From Acidimicrobiia bacterium (GTDB taxonomy: Bacteria > Actinomycetota > Acidimicrobiia > Acidimicrobiales > JANYDT01), in contig JANLRD010000274.1 in assembly GCA_031368215.1 (NCBI GenBank), positions 55,878-119,877 of the forward strand: a DNA stretch of 64,000 nt. The letters run 5' to 3'. The position numbers and the translations under genes are program-made. Shown piece after piece: positions 19,081-30,340 of this stretch (positions within the stretch are counted from its first letter, which is position 1; every line of letters starts with the position of its first letter). Below the pieces are notes generated by a model. That model searched no databases. It had not been told where the DNA came from and worked only from the letters and a program-made list of their open reading frames with translations.

Positions 19081-19620
19081 ATGTCAAACATGGCAACCAG
19101 TTCCGACGCAGTCGCAGCGGAGCCCGAACTCCTGCACGGCGCACCTGTTTCCTACAGCCGCGGCGAGAAGGTTGTGCACCCCAGTGCCGCGACCTACGTG
19201 AACGTCGTCAAAGCGTTGTATGGCGACGGCTTCCGGATGGCTGTCGACCTCACTGCGGTCGACTACCTCACCAACGCGACCCGCGTGCTTCCGGCGGGTG
19301 TCGAACCGCAGCGCTTCGAAGTGGTCGTCAATCTGCTGTCGCATGCGCGCCGAGAACGGATCCGTGTCCGGGTTCAGCTTTCGGGCGATGTCCCGACGAT
19401 CGCCTCGCTCTACGGCGTGTATCCGGGGACCGAGGCGATGGAGCGTGAAGCTTTCGATCTCCTCGGTGTCCGGTTCGACGGACACCCGGATCTCACGCGC
19501 ATCCTGCTGCCCGACGACTGGCAGGGGCACCCGTTGCGCAAGGATGAAGCCACGGGGCGGATCCCCGTCCAGTTCACCCACAACGTGACGCCGCGTTCGA
19601 CGCCAGCGAGGACGACATGA
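19081..19620 (+). CDS. nuoC: NADH-quinone oxidoreductase subunit C
   Basis: EREAFDLLGV, GHPDLTRIL, GHPLRKD. Confidence 0.95.
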   Translation: MSNMATSSDAVAAEPELLHGAPVSYSRGEKVVHPSAATYVNVVKALYGDGFRMAVDLTAVDYLTNATRVLPAGVEPQRFEVVVNLLSHARRERIRVRVQLSGDVPTIASLYGVYPGTEAMEREAFDLLGVRFDGHPDLTRILLPDDWQGHPLRKDEATGRIPVQFTHNVTPRSTPARTT

Positions 19621-20918
19621 ACTTCGGACAGGAGATGCAGGACCGCGGCTCCACGACGGCCGCGGAGCTGCTCCGAGAGCAGGGTGCAGTGCTACGCGGC
19701 GTCAGCGACGACGCGGCGATCGACATCAACGACTACGACATCGAGCTCGGCGACGACGAGACGATGATCATCAACATGGGTCCGCAGCACCCGAGCACCC
19801 ACGGCGTGCTGCGCGTGATGCTCGAGCTCAAGGGCGAAACCGTTCTGCGGACCAAGCCGGTCGTCGGTTACCTCCATACCGGAATGGAGAAGACCGCAGA
19901 GGGTCTGACTTTCCTGCAGGGCGGCACCAACGTCACGCGCATGGACTACCTCGCGCCGCTCTTCAACGAACTGGCCTTCTCGCTCGCCACCGAGAAACTG
20001 CTCGACGTGGAGATCCCCGAGCGGGCCACGTGGATCCGCATGCTGATGTGCGAGCTCAACCGCATGGCATCGCATCTGCTGTTCCAGGCCACGAACGGCA
20101 TGGACCTCGGTGCGGTCGGCATGATGATCTACGGATGGCGTGAGCGCGAACTCGTACTGTCGTTCTTCGAGAAGGTCACCGGTCTCCGGATGAACCACAA
20201 CTACATCCGGCCGGGCGGCGTGGCCGCTGATCTTCCGCCGGGTTGGCAGCAGGACGTGCTCGACCTCTGCGCCGACATCGAGCCCCGCCTCGACCAATAC
20301 GACATCCTGCTCACCGGTCAGCCGATCTTCCTCGACCGCACCCAGGGCGTTGGCGTGATCACCGCCGATGAGGCGATCGCCCTCTCCGCCACGGGTCCGA
20401 TCCTGCGCTCGACGGGGGTCGAATGGGACCTACGCCGCGACATGCCCTACCTCGCCTACGACCAGGTCGACTTCGACGTGATCGTCGGTACGCGCGGCGA
20501 CGCGTTCGACCGCTATGCAATCCGTCTCAACGAGATCCGCGAATCGATCCGCATCGTCCGCCAGATCGTCGACATGATGCCGGCAGGCGACTATCGCACC
20601 CAGAACAAGAAGGTCACGCCGCCGCCGCGTAGCCGCATCGACGAATCGATGGAAGCGCTCATCCATCATTTCAAGCTCTTCACCGACGGCTTCAAAGTCC
20701 CCGAAGGCGAGGTCTATGTGCCCGTCGAGTCTCCCCGTGGCGAGGTCGGCTGCTACATGGTCAGTGACGGCGGCACCAAGCCCTATCGCATGCACTGGCG
20801 CGGGCCGTCTTTCGTCAACCTCCAGTCGATGCCCACGATGATGCAGGGCGCTCAGGTTGCCGACGCGATTGCGATCATCTCGTCGATCGATCCGGTGCTT
20901 GGCGAGGTCGACCGATGA
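19617..20918 (+). CDS. nuoD: NADH-quinone oxidoreductase subunit D
   Basis: GPQHPSTHGVLR, GYLHTGMEK, ESPRGE, GEVDR. Confidence 0.97.
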   Translation: MNFGQEMQDRGSTTAAELLREQGAVLRGVSDDAAIDINDYDIELGDDETMIINMGPQHPSTHGVLRVMLELKGETVLRTKPVVGYLHTGMEKTAEGLTFLQGGTNVTRMDYLAPLFNELAFSLATEKLLDVEIPERATWIRMLMCELNRMASHLLFQATNGMDLGAVGMMIYGWRERELVLSFFEKVTGLRMNHNYIRPGGVAADLPPGWQQDVLDLCADIEPRLDQYDILLTGQPIFLDRTQGVGVITADEAIALSATGPILRSTGVEWDLRRDMPYLAYDQVDFDVIVGTRGDAFDRYAIRLNEIRESIRIVRQIVDMMPAGDYRTQNKKVTPPPRSRIDESMEALIHHFKLFTDGFKVPEGEVYVPVESPRGEVGCYMVSDGGTKPYRMHWRGPSFVNLQSMPTMMQGAQVADAIAIISSIDPVLGEVDR

Positions 20919-20958
20919 CGAACATATGTGCACGTAGTTCCTGGAAGGGTTGTTAGAG

Positions 20959-21522
20959 ATGGCTCGTTTCTCCCCCGCAAATCTGGAGCGCGCCAAGGAA
21001 CTCCTTTCCCACTACCCGCGCCCCAAGAGCGCGACGATTCCGATGTGCCATCTCGCGCAGGAGCAGGACGGCTACCTCACCGAAGATGCGATGGGTCACA
21101 TCGCCGAGCTGGTCGGGTGCTCCAACGCCGAGGTCTACGGCACGGCCACGTTCTACGAGATGTTCAAGTTCCATCCCGTCGGGACCTACGTGGTCGGTGT
21201 GTGCACGAACATCGCCTGTCTGCTCGTCGGCGGGGAAGAACTGCTCGACCACGCCAGCGACTCGCTCGGGATCCGTCCCGGAGCGACGACGGCCGATGGA
21301 CTCTTCACCCTCGAGGAGATGGAGTGCCTTGCTGCGTGCACCGAGGCACCGTGCCTTCAGGTGAACTACCGCTACGAGAACAAGGTCACCGACGAAGGTT
21401 TCGACCGTCTGGTCGCCGACCTGCGGGCCGGGAAGCGCAACGACATCCCGCGCCACGGCACCCTCGGCGCCGTGCGCCAGTCCATTCCCGCTGATCGTCG
21501 GGCCGGGGTCAAGGCCATCTAG
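20959..21522 (+). CDS. nuoE: NADH-quinone oxidoreductase subunit E
   Basis: CTNIAC and ECLAACTEAP 2Fe-2S ligands. Confidence 0.96.
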   Translation: MARFSPANLERAKELLSHYPRPKSATIPMCHLAQEQDGYLTEDAMGHIAELVGCSNAEVYGTATFYEMFKFHPVGTYVVGVCTNIACLLVGGEELLDHASDSLGIRPGATTADGLFTLEEMECLAACTEAPCLQVNYRYENKVTDEGFDRLVADLRAGKRNDIPRHGTLGAVRQSIPADRRAGVKAI

Positions 21523-21563
21523 GCCCGGCCCCTTCCTTTCGCACGTTTCGTCACGAGGATCTC

Positions 21564-22904
21564 ATGCCCGCACCCACCAAAATGATCTCCACTCGATGGG
21601 ATCAGGCCGACGGCCACACGCTCGACGGCTATCTCCGAACGGGCGGCTACGAGGCGCTCCGCAAAGCGCTCGCGATGGCTCCGGAAGCGGTGGTCGACGA
21701 AGTGAAGGCGGCCAATCTCGCCGGCCGCGGCGGCGCCGGATTCCCGTGCGGCACCAAATGGGGGTTCCTTCCGAAGGACGTGTTCCCCCGCTACCTCGTC
21801 GTCAACGGTGACGAATCCGAGCCGGGCACCTACAAGGACCGCATCCTGCTCGAGCGCGATCCGCATCAGCTCATTGAAGGGGTCCTGATCGCATCGTGGG
21901 CAATCAAGGCCGAGCAGGCGTTCATCTACATCCGCGGGGAGATGCCTCATGCGCACGAGCGCATGGCCGCGGCGCTGAACGAGGCCTACGCCGCCGGCTA
22001 CATCGGCAAGAACATCTGTGGCACCGACTGGTCGATCGACGTCGTGCTGCACTGGGGTGCCGGCGCGTACATCGTCGGTGAGGAGACGGCGCTGATCGAG
22101 TCGCTCGAAGGCAACCGGGGCATGCCGCGGTTGAAGCCGCCGTTCTTCCCGGCGTCGAAGGGCCTCTACATGCAGCCCACCGTGGTGAACAACGTGGAGA
22201 CCCTGGCGAACCTGCCGTGGATCATCACCAATGGTGCCGCCGCCTTCACCAGCTTCGGCAATGAGAAGAACACCGGCACCCGCCTCTTCGCGGTGTCCGG
22301 TCACGTCAAGAACCCCGGAGTCTTCGAAGTCGAGTTCGGCACCACAACGTTCCGCGAGCTCTTCTACGACTTCTGCGGCGGCATCCGCGACGACCGTCGG
22401 GTCAAGGCGTTCATTCCGGGCGGTGGCTCTGCGCCGTGGTTCTTCGAGGAGGATCTCGACACGCCGCTCGATGCCGGTGTCGTCGGCGGCAAGGGGTCGA
22501 TGCTCGGCTCCGGGGCCATCGTGGTCATGGACGAGACGACCGACATGGTCAAGGCGGCGTGGCGCATCGTGAAGTTCTTCGCCAAGGAGAGCTGTGGCAA
22601 GTGCTCACCGTGCCGTGAGGGGACCAACTGGATGGAGAAGATCTACCGCCGGATCCTCGACGGTGAGGGCCGACCCGAAGACGTCAACCTGCTGCTCGAC
22701 GTCGCCGACAACATCAGCCCAGGGCTCACCTGGCCGCCCCGGCAGACCACGATCTGTCCGCTCGGTCCGTCAGCCGCGGCCGGCGCGCTGGTGAGCTCCA
22801 TCCGCCGTTTCCCGGCCGAATACGAGCACTACATCGTCCACGGCCGACCCGTCGACGGCCTGTCCACGGGTGTCTACCGGCCCTCGCTCACTTCCGCCTC
22901 CTGA
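21564..22904 (+). CDS. nuoF: NADH-quinone oxidoreductase subunit F
   Basis: GRGGAGF, DESEPGT, GAYIVGEETAL, ESCGKCSPCREG. Confidence 0.97.
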   Translation: MPAPTKMISTRWDQADGHTLDGYLRTGGYEALRKALAMAPEAVVDEVKAANLAGRGGAGFPCGTKWGFLPKDVFPRYLVVNGDESEPGTYKDRILLERDPHQLIEGVLIASWAIKAEQAFIYIRGEMPHAHERMAAALNEAYAAGYIGKNICGTDWSIDVVLHWGAGAYIVGEETALIESLEGNRGMPRLKPPFFPASKGLYMQPTVVNNVETLANLPWIITNGAAAFTSFGNEKNTGTRLFAVSGHVKNPGVFEVEFGTTTFRELFYDFCGGIRDDRRVKAFIPGGGSAPWFFEEDLDTPLDAGVVGGKGSMLGSGAIVVMDETTDMVKAAWRIVKFFAKESCGKCSPCREGTNWMEKIYRRILDGEGRPEDVNLLLDVADNISPGLTWPPRQTTICPLGPSAAAGALVSSIRRFPAEYEHYIVHGRPVDGLSTGVYRPSLTSAS

Positions 22905-22920
22905 CCCGCCAGGTTCTCCC

Positions 22921-25548
22921 ATGACAGACACTGCCTCCGCGACCGAAGCACCCAAGAAGACGACGCTCACCGTCACCATCGACGGCACGCCGATCGAGGC
23001 GAATCCCGGTGAGCTGCTCATTGCCGCAGCGGAGCGGACCGGTACCTACATCCCGCGCTTCTGCTGGCATCCGCGCATGTCAGAAGTCGGCATGTGCCGC
23101 ATGTGTCTGGTGGAGGTGTCCGGACCACGCGGCATGTCACTGCAGCCGGCCTGCATGCAGCCGGTGGCCGACGGCATGGTCGTCGACACCAAGAGCTCCA
23201 CGGTGAAGAAGGCCCAGGACGGCGTGCTCGAGTTCCTGCTCGTCAACCATCCCCTCGACTGCCCGGTCTGCGACAAGGGAGGGGAGTGCCCACTCCAGGA
23301 CCAGACCCTCACCTTCGGTCCCGGCGAGTCACGCTTTGTCGAGGAGAAGCGTCACAACGAGAAGCCCATTGCGATCAGCGACCTCGTGCTGCTCGATCGT
23401 GAACGGTGCATCCTCTGCGATCGCTGCACCCGGTTCTCGAAGGAGGTGGCGGGCGATCCGCTCATCCACTTCATCAATCGGGGAAACCAAACCGAGGTCA
23501 ACACCTTTCCCGACGACCCGTTTGCGTCGTACTTCTCGGGCAACGTCGTGCAGATCTGCCCGGTCGGCGCGCTCACCGCATCGCCGTACCGTTTCGCCGC
23601 GAGGCCGTGGGACCTCGATCAGGTCGAGTCCACCTGCACCTCCTGCGCGGTTGGATGCCGGGTGGTCGTGCAGTCGAGCGGTGACGAGATCACCCGTCTG
23701 CAGGGCGTCGACTCCGACCCGGTCAACTGGGGGTGGCTGTGTGACAAGGGCCGGTTCGACTTTGAGTCGGTGTCTTCTTCTTCGCGCCTTTCGGCGCCCG
23801 TCGTCCGGGCCGCCCGTGGTGCCGCGGACGAGAAGGTGTCGTGGTCGGTGGCGAACAACCGGATCGCATCCGCCCTTCGCTCGTACGACCCGTCGCAGAT
23901 CGGCTTCATCGGTGGGGCCCGTCTGACCAACGAAGATCAGTACGCATATGTTCGTCTCGCGAAGCAGGTACTTCGCACCGACAATGTCGATGCCCAGCTC
24001 GGCGACGGACTCGCTGCGGACGCGTGGCTCGGTTTTCCCAGGGCAACGATCGACGACCTCGGTTCGGCTGGCGCGATCGTGCTGCTCGGTCCTGACCTCA
24101 AAGAGGAGCTTCCGGTCCTCTTCCTCCGCCTTCGCGATGCGGCTACGGCGAAGCGCGTCCCGGTCGTCGAGTTCGCAACCGGCCCGACGGGTTCCACGCC
24201 CTACGCCACAGCGTCGGTCCGCTACCGGCCCGGCGAGGTCGCCGTCGCGGCGAAGGCAGTCGTCGCCGCCGCCGGAGGCAATCCGGCCGAGCGCCAGATC
24301 GGCGGTGCCGAGAGCGATGTGATCAACGCCGCGGGTGCCGTTCTCGCCAAAGCCATGGCGGCTGGCAGGAAGATCGTCGTCGTCCTCGGGCGTGGATCCA
24401 TGGCCGAGCAGAGCGCTTCCTTCGTGGAGGCCGCTCTTTCGCTGCGCGATGCGTCCTCCGGCACCGTGGTCCTCTCGGCGATGCGCCGGGCGAACCTGCA
24501 CGGCGCGCTCGACATGGGCATGGCGCCGGGTCTGCTTCCCGGGCGGGTGACCCAGGCCGAGGGCGCTGCATGGTACGCCGCTCACTGGGGCACCACACCG
24601 ACTTCGGTGGGCCTTGACACCATGGGCATGCTCGCCGCGGCCGCGGCGGGAGCCATCAAGGTTCTCGTCCTCCTTGGCGCCGACCCGCTCGCCGACTGCC
24701 CCGACCACGCGCTTGCCGAAGCAGCTCTGGCGAAGGTCGACTTCCTCGTCGCCATCGACACCCTCCCGAACGCGTCCAACGCCCACGCCGATGTCATCCT
24801 CCCCGCAGCCGGGTTTGCCGAGAAGTCGGGAACCACGACCAACCTCGAAGGCCGCGTGACCGCCCTGAGCTCGAAGGTCAGCGCCGCCGGCACCGCGCGC
24901 CCCGATTGGATGATCGCATCGGAGCTCGCCCTGATCCTCGGTGTCGACTTCGGCTATGAGCTCGTCGGTGACATCACCGCCGACATCGCCGCCGTGGTGC
25001 CGACGCACGCGGGGGTCACACCCGATGCCCTCGGCCGCTCCGCCAATGCCGACGGGATCGTCGTGCCGGTCGTCGCGGTCGTCCCCGAATCGATGCCGGA
25101 TGCGCCGGCCGACGGCGCCGAAGCATCCGACGAACCCGTGGTTCCCCAGGTCGCCCTTCCCCGGCCGATTCGTGTTCGCTCGACCGAGGGTGTCGTCCCG
25201 GTGCCGGATTCGTATTCGCTGCGGTTGATCACTTCGCGTGTGCTCTATGACCTCGGTTCGATCGTGCAGGCGAGCCCCTCGCTTGCCAAACTCGCTCGCC
25301 CTGCCACCGTGCGGTTGCACTCCGGCGAGATCGAACGCCACGCAATGCACCCTGGCGACCTCGTCCGGGTGGTGTCCCAGCACGGAGAGCTGACCCTGCC
25401 GATGGAGGCCGATGACCAGCTTCCCCGGGGAGTTGCGTTCATTGCCTGGAACACAGCAGCGTCGGGTGCGAACATGTTGATCAACGACGCCGAACTGGCC
25501 GCCGACGGAACCACGAAGGTCCGTCTCGAGAGCGGGAGGAACGCATGA
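22921..25548 (+). CDS. nuoG: NADH-quinone oxidoreductase subunit G
   Basis: CRMCLVE, HPLDCPVCDKGGEC, CILCDRC, CTSCAVGC. Confidence 0.96.
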   Translation: MTDTASATEAPKKTTLTVTIDGTPIEANPGELLIAAAERTGTYIPRFCWHPRMSEVGMCRMCLVEVSGPRGMSLQPACMQPVADGMVVDTKSSTVKKAQDGVLEFLLVNHPLDCPVCDKGGECPLQDQTLTFGPGESRFVEEKRHNEKPIAISDLVLLDRERCILCDRCTRFSKEVAGDPLIHFINRGNQTEVNTFPDDPFASYFSGNVVQICPVGALTASPYRFAARPWDLDQVESTCTSCAVGCRVVVQSSGDEITRLQGVDSDPVNWGWLCDKGRFDFESVSSSSRLSAPVVRAARGAADEKVSWSVANNRIASALRSYDPSQIGFIGGARLTNEDQYAYVRLAKQVLRTDNVDAQLGDGLAADAWLGFPRATIDDLGSAGAIVLLGPDLKEELPVLFLRLRDAATAKRVPVVEFATGPTGSTPYATASVRYRPGEVAVAAKAVVAAAGGNPAERQIGGAESDVINAAGAVLAKAMAAGRKIVVVLGRGSMAEQSASFVEAALSLRDASSGTVVLSAMRRANLHGALDMGMAPGLLPGRVTQAEGAAWYAAHWGTTPTSVGLDTMGMLAAAAAGAIKVLVLLGADPLADCPDHALAEAALAKVDFLVAIDTLPNASNAHADVILPAAGFAEKSGTTTNLEGRVTALSSKVSAAGTARPDWMIASELALILGVDFGYELVGDITADIAAVVPTHAGVTPDALGRSANADGIVVPVVAVVPESMPDAPADGAEASDEPVVPQVALPRPIRVRSTEGVVPVPDSYSLRLITSRVLYDLGSIVQASPSLAKLARPATVRLHSGEIERHAMHPGDLVRVVSQHGELTLPMEADDQLPRGVAFIAWNTAASGANMLINDAELAADGTTKVRLESGRNA

Positions 25549-26825
25549 GCATGTCCGCATCGCTCGGTAGCGTGCTCGCCGCAGAGATCGGCGACCCGCT
25601 GCTCACCGAGGGCAGGTACCTCCTCGGCGTGCCCCTGCTGATCATCGTCCTCAAGGCGATCCTCGCATTTCTGATCTGCCTGCTGAGTGTGGTCTTCATG
25701 GTCTGGGCCGAGCGCAAGGTCATCTCCGACATGCAGGACCGCATCGGTCCCAACCGGGCCGGCCCCTGGGGTCTTCTCCAGACGCTTGCCGACGGCACGA
25801 AGCTGTTCTTCAAGGAAGCGCTGTTCCCGGACCGTGCGGACAAGATGGTCTTCCGGCTGGCCCCCTACCTCAGCGCGGTGCCGGCCTTCCTGACCTTCGC
25901 CGTCATCCCGCTCGGGGGCACCGCCAAGATCTTCGGGCACAACACGATCCTGCAGCTTGCCGATCCGCCGATGGGCGTGCTGTTCTCCCTTGCGATCTCG
26001 TCCATCGCGGTCTACGGGATCATGCTCGCCGGCTGGTCCTCGGGTTCGAAGTATCCGCTCATGGGTTCGGTTCGAGCGAGTGCCCAGATGATCAGCTACG
26101 AAGCGGCGATGGGCCTGTCGCTTGCCGCCGTGGTTCTCGGCGCCGGATCGCTCTCCACGCAGTCGATCGTTGCCGCCCAGGCCGGCTGGAACTGGAATCT
26201 CTGGCAGCTCATCTTCGTTCCTGCGGTGGTGTTCGCCATCGCCGGCACGGCGGAGCTCAACCGTCCGCCCTTCGACCTCGTCGAGGCGGAGTCGGAACTC
26301 GTTGGTGGCTTCCACACGGAGTACTCCTCGGCGCGTTTCGCGATGTTCTACCTCGCCGAATTCATGAACACGATCACGATGTCGGCGCTGATCACCACGC
26401 TGTTCCTCGGTGGCCCGACCATGCCGTTCAACCTCGCGAAGGTCCTCCATCTCGACGACGTCACCTTCATCGGCGCGCTGATCGGCCAGTCGAGCCCGCT
26501 CTGGCTGCTGATCAAGGTGATGGGACTGTGCTTCACCTACATCTGGATCCGCGGCACGCTGCCACGGTTCCGCTACGACCAGCTGATGGACCTCGGCTGG
26601 AAGAAGCTGATCCCGGCCTCGCTGCTGTGGTTGCTGATCCTCGCCGCTCGTGAGGCCGGTGACACCCGGGCCGAGAAGTTCCGCAATGTCCTGCTTGCGT
26701 TCATCGTGGCCACGGCCGTGGCCGGTCTACTGTTTGCGGCCATGCGTGTTGGCCGCCGGACGAGCGAAGAAGAGTTTGCCGCCGCCACATCGCATTCCGA
26801 CGGTCGTCGCCCGGGGAGGTTCTGA
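25545..26825 (+). CDS. nuoH: NADH-quinone oxidoreductase subunit H
   Basis: ERK...[28 protein letters not shown]. Confidence 0.97.
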   Translation: MSMSASLGSVLAAEIGDPLLTEGRYLLGVPLLIIVLKAILAFLICLLSVVFMVWAERKVISDMQDRIGPNRAGPWGLLQTLADGTKLFFKEALFPDRADKMVFRLAPYLSAVPAFLTFAVIPLGGTAKIFGHNTILQLADPPMGVLFSLAISSIAVYGIMLAGWSSGSKYPLMGSVRASAQMISYEAAMGLSLAAVVLGAGSLSTQSIVAAQAGWNWNLWQLIFVPAVVFAIAGTAELNRPPFDLVEAESELVGGFHTEYSSARFAMFYLAEFMNTITMSALITTLFLGGPTMPFNLAKVLHLDDVTFIGALIGQSSPLWLLIKVMGLCFTYIWIRGTLPRFRYDQLMDLGWKKLIPASLLWLLILAAREAGDTRAEKFRNVLLAFIVATAVAGLLFAAMRVGRRTSEEEFAAATSHSDGRRPGRF

Positions 26826-26827
26826 CC

Positions 26828-27493
26828 GTGGGATACCTCGATGGCTTCAAGGTCACGTTCGCCGAGATGTTCCGGGATCGGCTCACCGAGGCCTATCCCG
26901 ACACCATCCGCCCCAAGCCGGAGCGCTTTCACGGACGCCACGTCCTGAACCGCTACGAAGACGGCATGGAGAAATGCATCGGCTGTGAGCTCTGCGCCGG
27001 CGTCTGCCCGGCCAAGTGCATCTACGTGCGCGGTGCCGACAACGATCCGATGGACCCCACGTCGCCGGGCGAGCGCTACGGCTTCGTCTACGAGATCAAC
27101 TACCTGCGCTGCATCCACTGCGACCTGTGCGTCGAGGCGTGCCCGACCGAAGCGATCACCGAATCGAAGATCTTCGAGTTCGCGTTCACCAATCGACGTG
27201 ACGCGATCTACACCAAGGACGAGTTGCTCGTCGGCAACGACGGTCGTCCGAAGGTGCAGCCGTGGGAGGATGCCCGAGGCGCGGAGTCGCCGATTTCCGG
27301 TTGGATGCGTGCCACGTCACCGGGCGGCGACGCCTCCTACCGCGGCAAACCCCTGTGGTCCGGTGACCTCGGTGCCGGAACCCGGGCCGCCGAACCCGGA
27401 CAGGATGTCGAGGTCGCCGAGCGCGTCGCCCGACTCAGCCAGCAGGCCGCGGCCGCGAAGGCGGACGGACCGGCGAACGGTGGGCATCACTAA
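26828..27493 (+). CDS. nuoI: NADH-quinone oxidoreductase subunit I
   Basis: [24 protein letters not shown]. Confidence 0.97.
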   Translation: MGYLDGFKVTFAEMFRDRLTEAYPDTIRPKPERFHGRHVLNRYEDGMEKCIGCELCAGVCPAKCIYVRGADNDPMDPTSPGERYGFVYEINYLRCIHCDLCVEACPTEAITESKIFEFAFTNRRDAIYTKDELLVGNDGRPKVQPWEDARGAESPISGWMRATSPGGDASYRGKPLWSGDLGAGTRAAEPGQDVEVAERVARLSQQAAAAKADGPANGGHH

Positions 27494-27496
27494 GTC

Positions 27497-28032
<536 letters not shown>

Positions 28033-28036
<4 letters not shown>

Positions 28037-28383
28037 CGCAGGCGCAGGGAGCGGTGCTCGTCGACAAAGCCAGTTCCGGGCCGGGCGGACAGTGGTTTCT
28101 GGCTGTGGCCGCGGTGCTCTTCACCATCGGCATGGTCGGTCTGCTGCTGCGTCGCAACGTCATCGTGATGTTCATGTGCGTGGAGCTCATGCTCAACGCG
28201 GTGAACCTCACGTTCGTGACCTTTGCGAAGATGCTCAACGACATCGGCGGGCAGGTCGTCGTCTTCTTCATCCTGGTTGTGGCGGCTGCCGAAGTGGTCG
28301 TCGGCCTCGGCATCATCGTGTCCATCTTCCGCCGCCGAAAGATCGGCACCACGGCGGACAGCGCCGTGCTTCTGAAGGGCTGA
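28033..28383 (+). CDS. nuoK: NADH-quinone oxidoreductase subunit K
   Basis: [16 protein letters not shown]. Confidence 0.96.
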
Positions 28384-28390
28384 CGACCAA

Positions 28391-30340
28391 GTGCTCTCTC
28401 TCGTCTGGCTCATCCCCGCTCTTCCGCTGTTCGGCGCCGCCGTTCTTCTCCTGTTCGGCAAGCGGATCGGCGAACCCCTTGCCGGTTGGTTCGGCTCGGC
28501 CATGGTGGCCGGCTCCTTTGTGATCGCGTTGGGCGTGTTCGCCGACCTCGCGTCGAAGACCGCAGAGGAGCGTGCCTACACCAAGGTCCTCTGGTCGTGG
28601 CTGCCGTCGCTCGGGGTCGACGTTGCGCTGCTCGCCAACCCGCTCTCGATGACGATGGTCCTCTTCGTCACCGGCATTGCTGCGCTGATCCACGTGTTCG
28701 CCATCGGCTACATGCACGGTGATCCGCGGTTCTCACGGTTCTTCACCTACCTCAACCTGTTCGTCTTCTCGATGTTGATGCTGATCATGGGCGACAACTT
28801 CGTGCTGATGTTCCTCGGCTGGGAGGGCGTGGGCACGTGTTCGTACCTCCTCATCAGCTTCTGGTTCGAGCGTCCGTCGGCGGCCACCGCCGGCAAGAAG
28901 GCCTTCGTCGTCAACCGCGTGGGCGACTTCGGTCTGATGATCGCCATGTTCCTGATCTTCAACGAGACCGGTTCACTCCAGTACCACGCCGTGTTCCGCT
29001 CGATCGCGGCGAACGGCATCGCCTCGTCCACGGCAACGGCGATCTGTCTGCTGCTCTTCCTCGGCGCGTGCGGTAAGTCGGCGCAGCTTCCGCTCTACGT
29101 GTGGCTTCCCGATGCGATGGAGGGTCCGACCCCGGTCTCGGCCCTGATCCACGCCGCCACCATGGTCACGGCGGGTGTGTACCTGATGGTTCGCGTGCAC
29201 CCCCTCCTTGAACTCGCACCGGGGGTGATGACGACCATCGCGTGGGTCGGTGCGCTCACCGCACTGTTCGCGGCCACGATCGCCACCGCGCAGGACGACA
29301 TCAAACGCGTCCTTGCCTATTCGACGATCAGCCAGCTCGGCTACATGTTCCTGGCCGTAGGAGTCGGGGGCAACGTGGCTGCCATCTTCCACATGGTCAC
29401 CCACGCGTTCTTCAAGGCGCTGATGTTCCTCGCCGCCGGATCGGTGATCCACGGCATGCACGGCGTCGTGGTCGACGAGCAGAACATGAAGTGGATGGGC
29501 AACATCAAGAAGTGGATGCCGATCACCACGGGCACGTTCCTGATGGGCTGGCTCGCCATCTCCGGCTTCCCGCCGTTCTCCGGCTTCTGGTCGAAGGACG
29601 AGATCCTCCTCGATGCGTACAGGGAGAACAAGGCGCTCTGGATCATCGGGCTGATCACCGCGCTGCTCACCGCCTACTACATGACCCGCCAGATCATCCT
29701 GGTGTTCTTCGGTAGGGAACGATTCGAGACGGACTCGCATGGCGACGCGCACGCACACGGGCACACGCCGCACGAGTCGCCCGTGCTGATGCTGTTCCCG
29801 CTCGGTGTGCTCGCCGTTCTCGCGGTGGTCGGCGGCGCCATCAATCAGCCGTTCGGCGGGAAGAACCTGGCGATGAGACTCGAGCACTGGCTCGACGAAT
29901 CGTTCATCCCCGGCACGGAAATTCATGCCTTCGTGAGCTCGCACGGTTCGGTGGGGAGTGGGACCAAACTCACCCTCGCCGTGATCGCCACACTGTGCGG
30001 ACTCGCCGGCATCGCTCTCGGCGCTTCGCAGTGGCTCACTCGAACAAGTCCCGAGTCGCAAGCGTCACTCGAACTCCCACTTCTCAAGCGCGCATACGGT
30101 GTCGACGCAATCTATTCGAAGATGTTCGAGGTTCCCGGCCGCAAGCTCAGTGAGTTCCTGGCGTTCGTCGTCGATCGACGGGGAATCGACGGCGTGGTGA
30201 ACGGCATGGCCACGCTGGTGCGCGGTGGGGGAACCCAGTTGCGCAAATTGCAGAACGGTTACGTGCGTACCTACGCGCTGAGCATCGCCGGTGGCTTGGT
30301 TGCGCTGCTCGTGTGGGCCATTGTTCGGACGGGGTTCTGA
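28391..30340 (+). CDS. nuoL: NADH-quinone oxidoreductase subunit L
   Basis: GKSAQLPL, WLPDAMEGPTPVSALIHAATMV. Confidence 0.97.
   Translation: MLSLVWLIPALPLFGAAVLLLFGKRIGEPLAGWFGSAMVAGSFVIALGVFADLASKTAEERAYTKVLWSWLPSLGVDVALLANPLSMTMVLFVTGIAALIHVFAIGYMHGDPRFSRFFTYLNLFVFSMLMLIMGDNFVLMFLGWEGVGTCSYLLISFWFERPSAATAGKKAFVVNRVGDFGLMIAMFLIFNETGSLQYHAVFRSIAANGIASSTATAICLLLFLGACGKSAQLPLYVWLPDAMEGPTPVSALIHAATMVTAGVYLMVRVHPLLELAPGVMTTIAWVGALTALFAATIATAQDDIKRVLAYSTISQLGYMFLAVGVGGNVAAIFHMVTHAFFKALMFLAAGSVIHGMHGVVVDEQNMKWMGNIKKWMPITTGTFLMGWLAISGFPPFSGFWSKDEILLDAYRENKALWIIGLITALLTAYYMTRQIILVFFGRERFETDSHGDAHAHGHTPHESPVLMLFPLGVLAVLAVVGGAINQPFGGKNLAMRLEHWLDESFIPGTEIHAFVSSHGSVGSGTKLTLAVIATLCGLAGIALGASQWLTRTSPESQASLELPLLKRAYGVDAIYSKMFEVPGRKLSEFLAFVVDRRGIDGVVNGMATLVRGGGTQLRKLQNGYVRTYALSIAGGLVALLVWAIVRTGF

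Noticed and set aside
20926-20945. Second Rex site (TGTGCACGTAGTTCC) before nuoE
   Set aside because: Spacing and right half-site deviate too much from consensus
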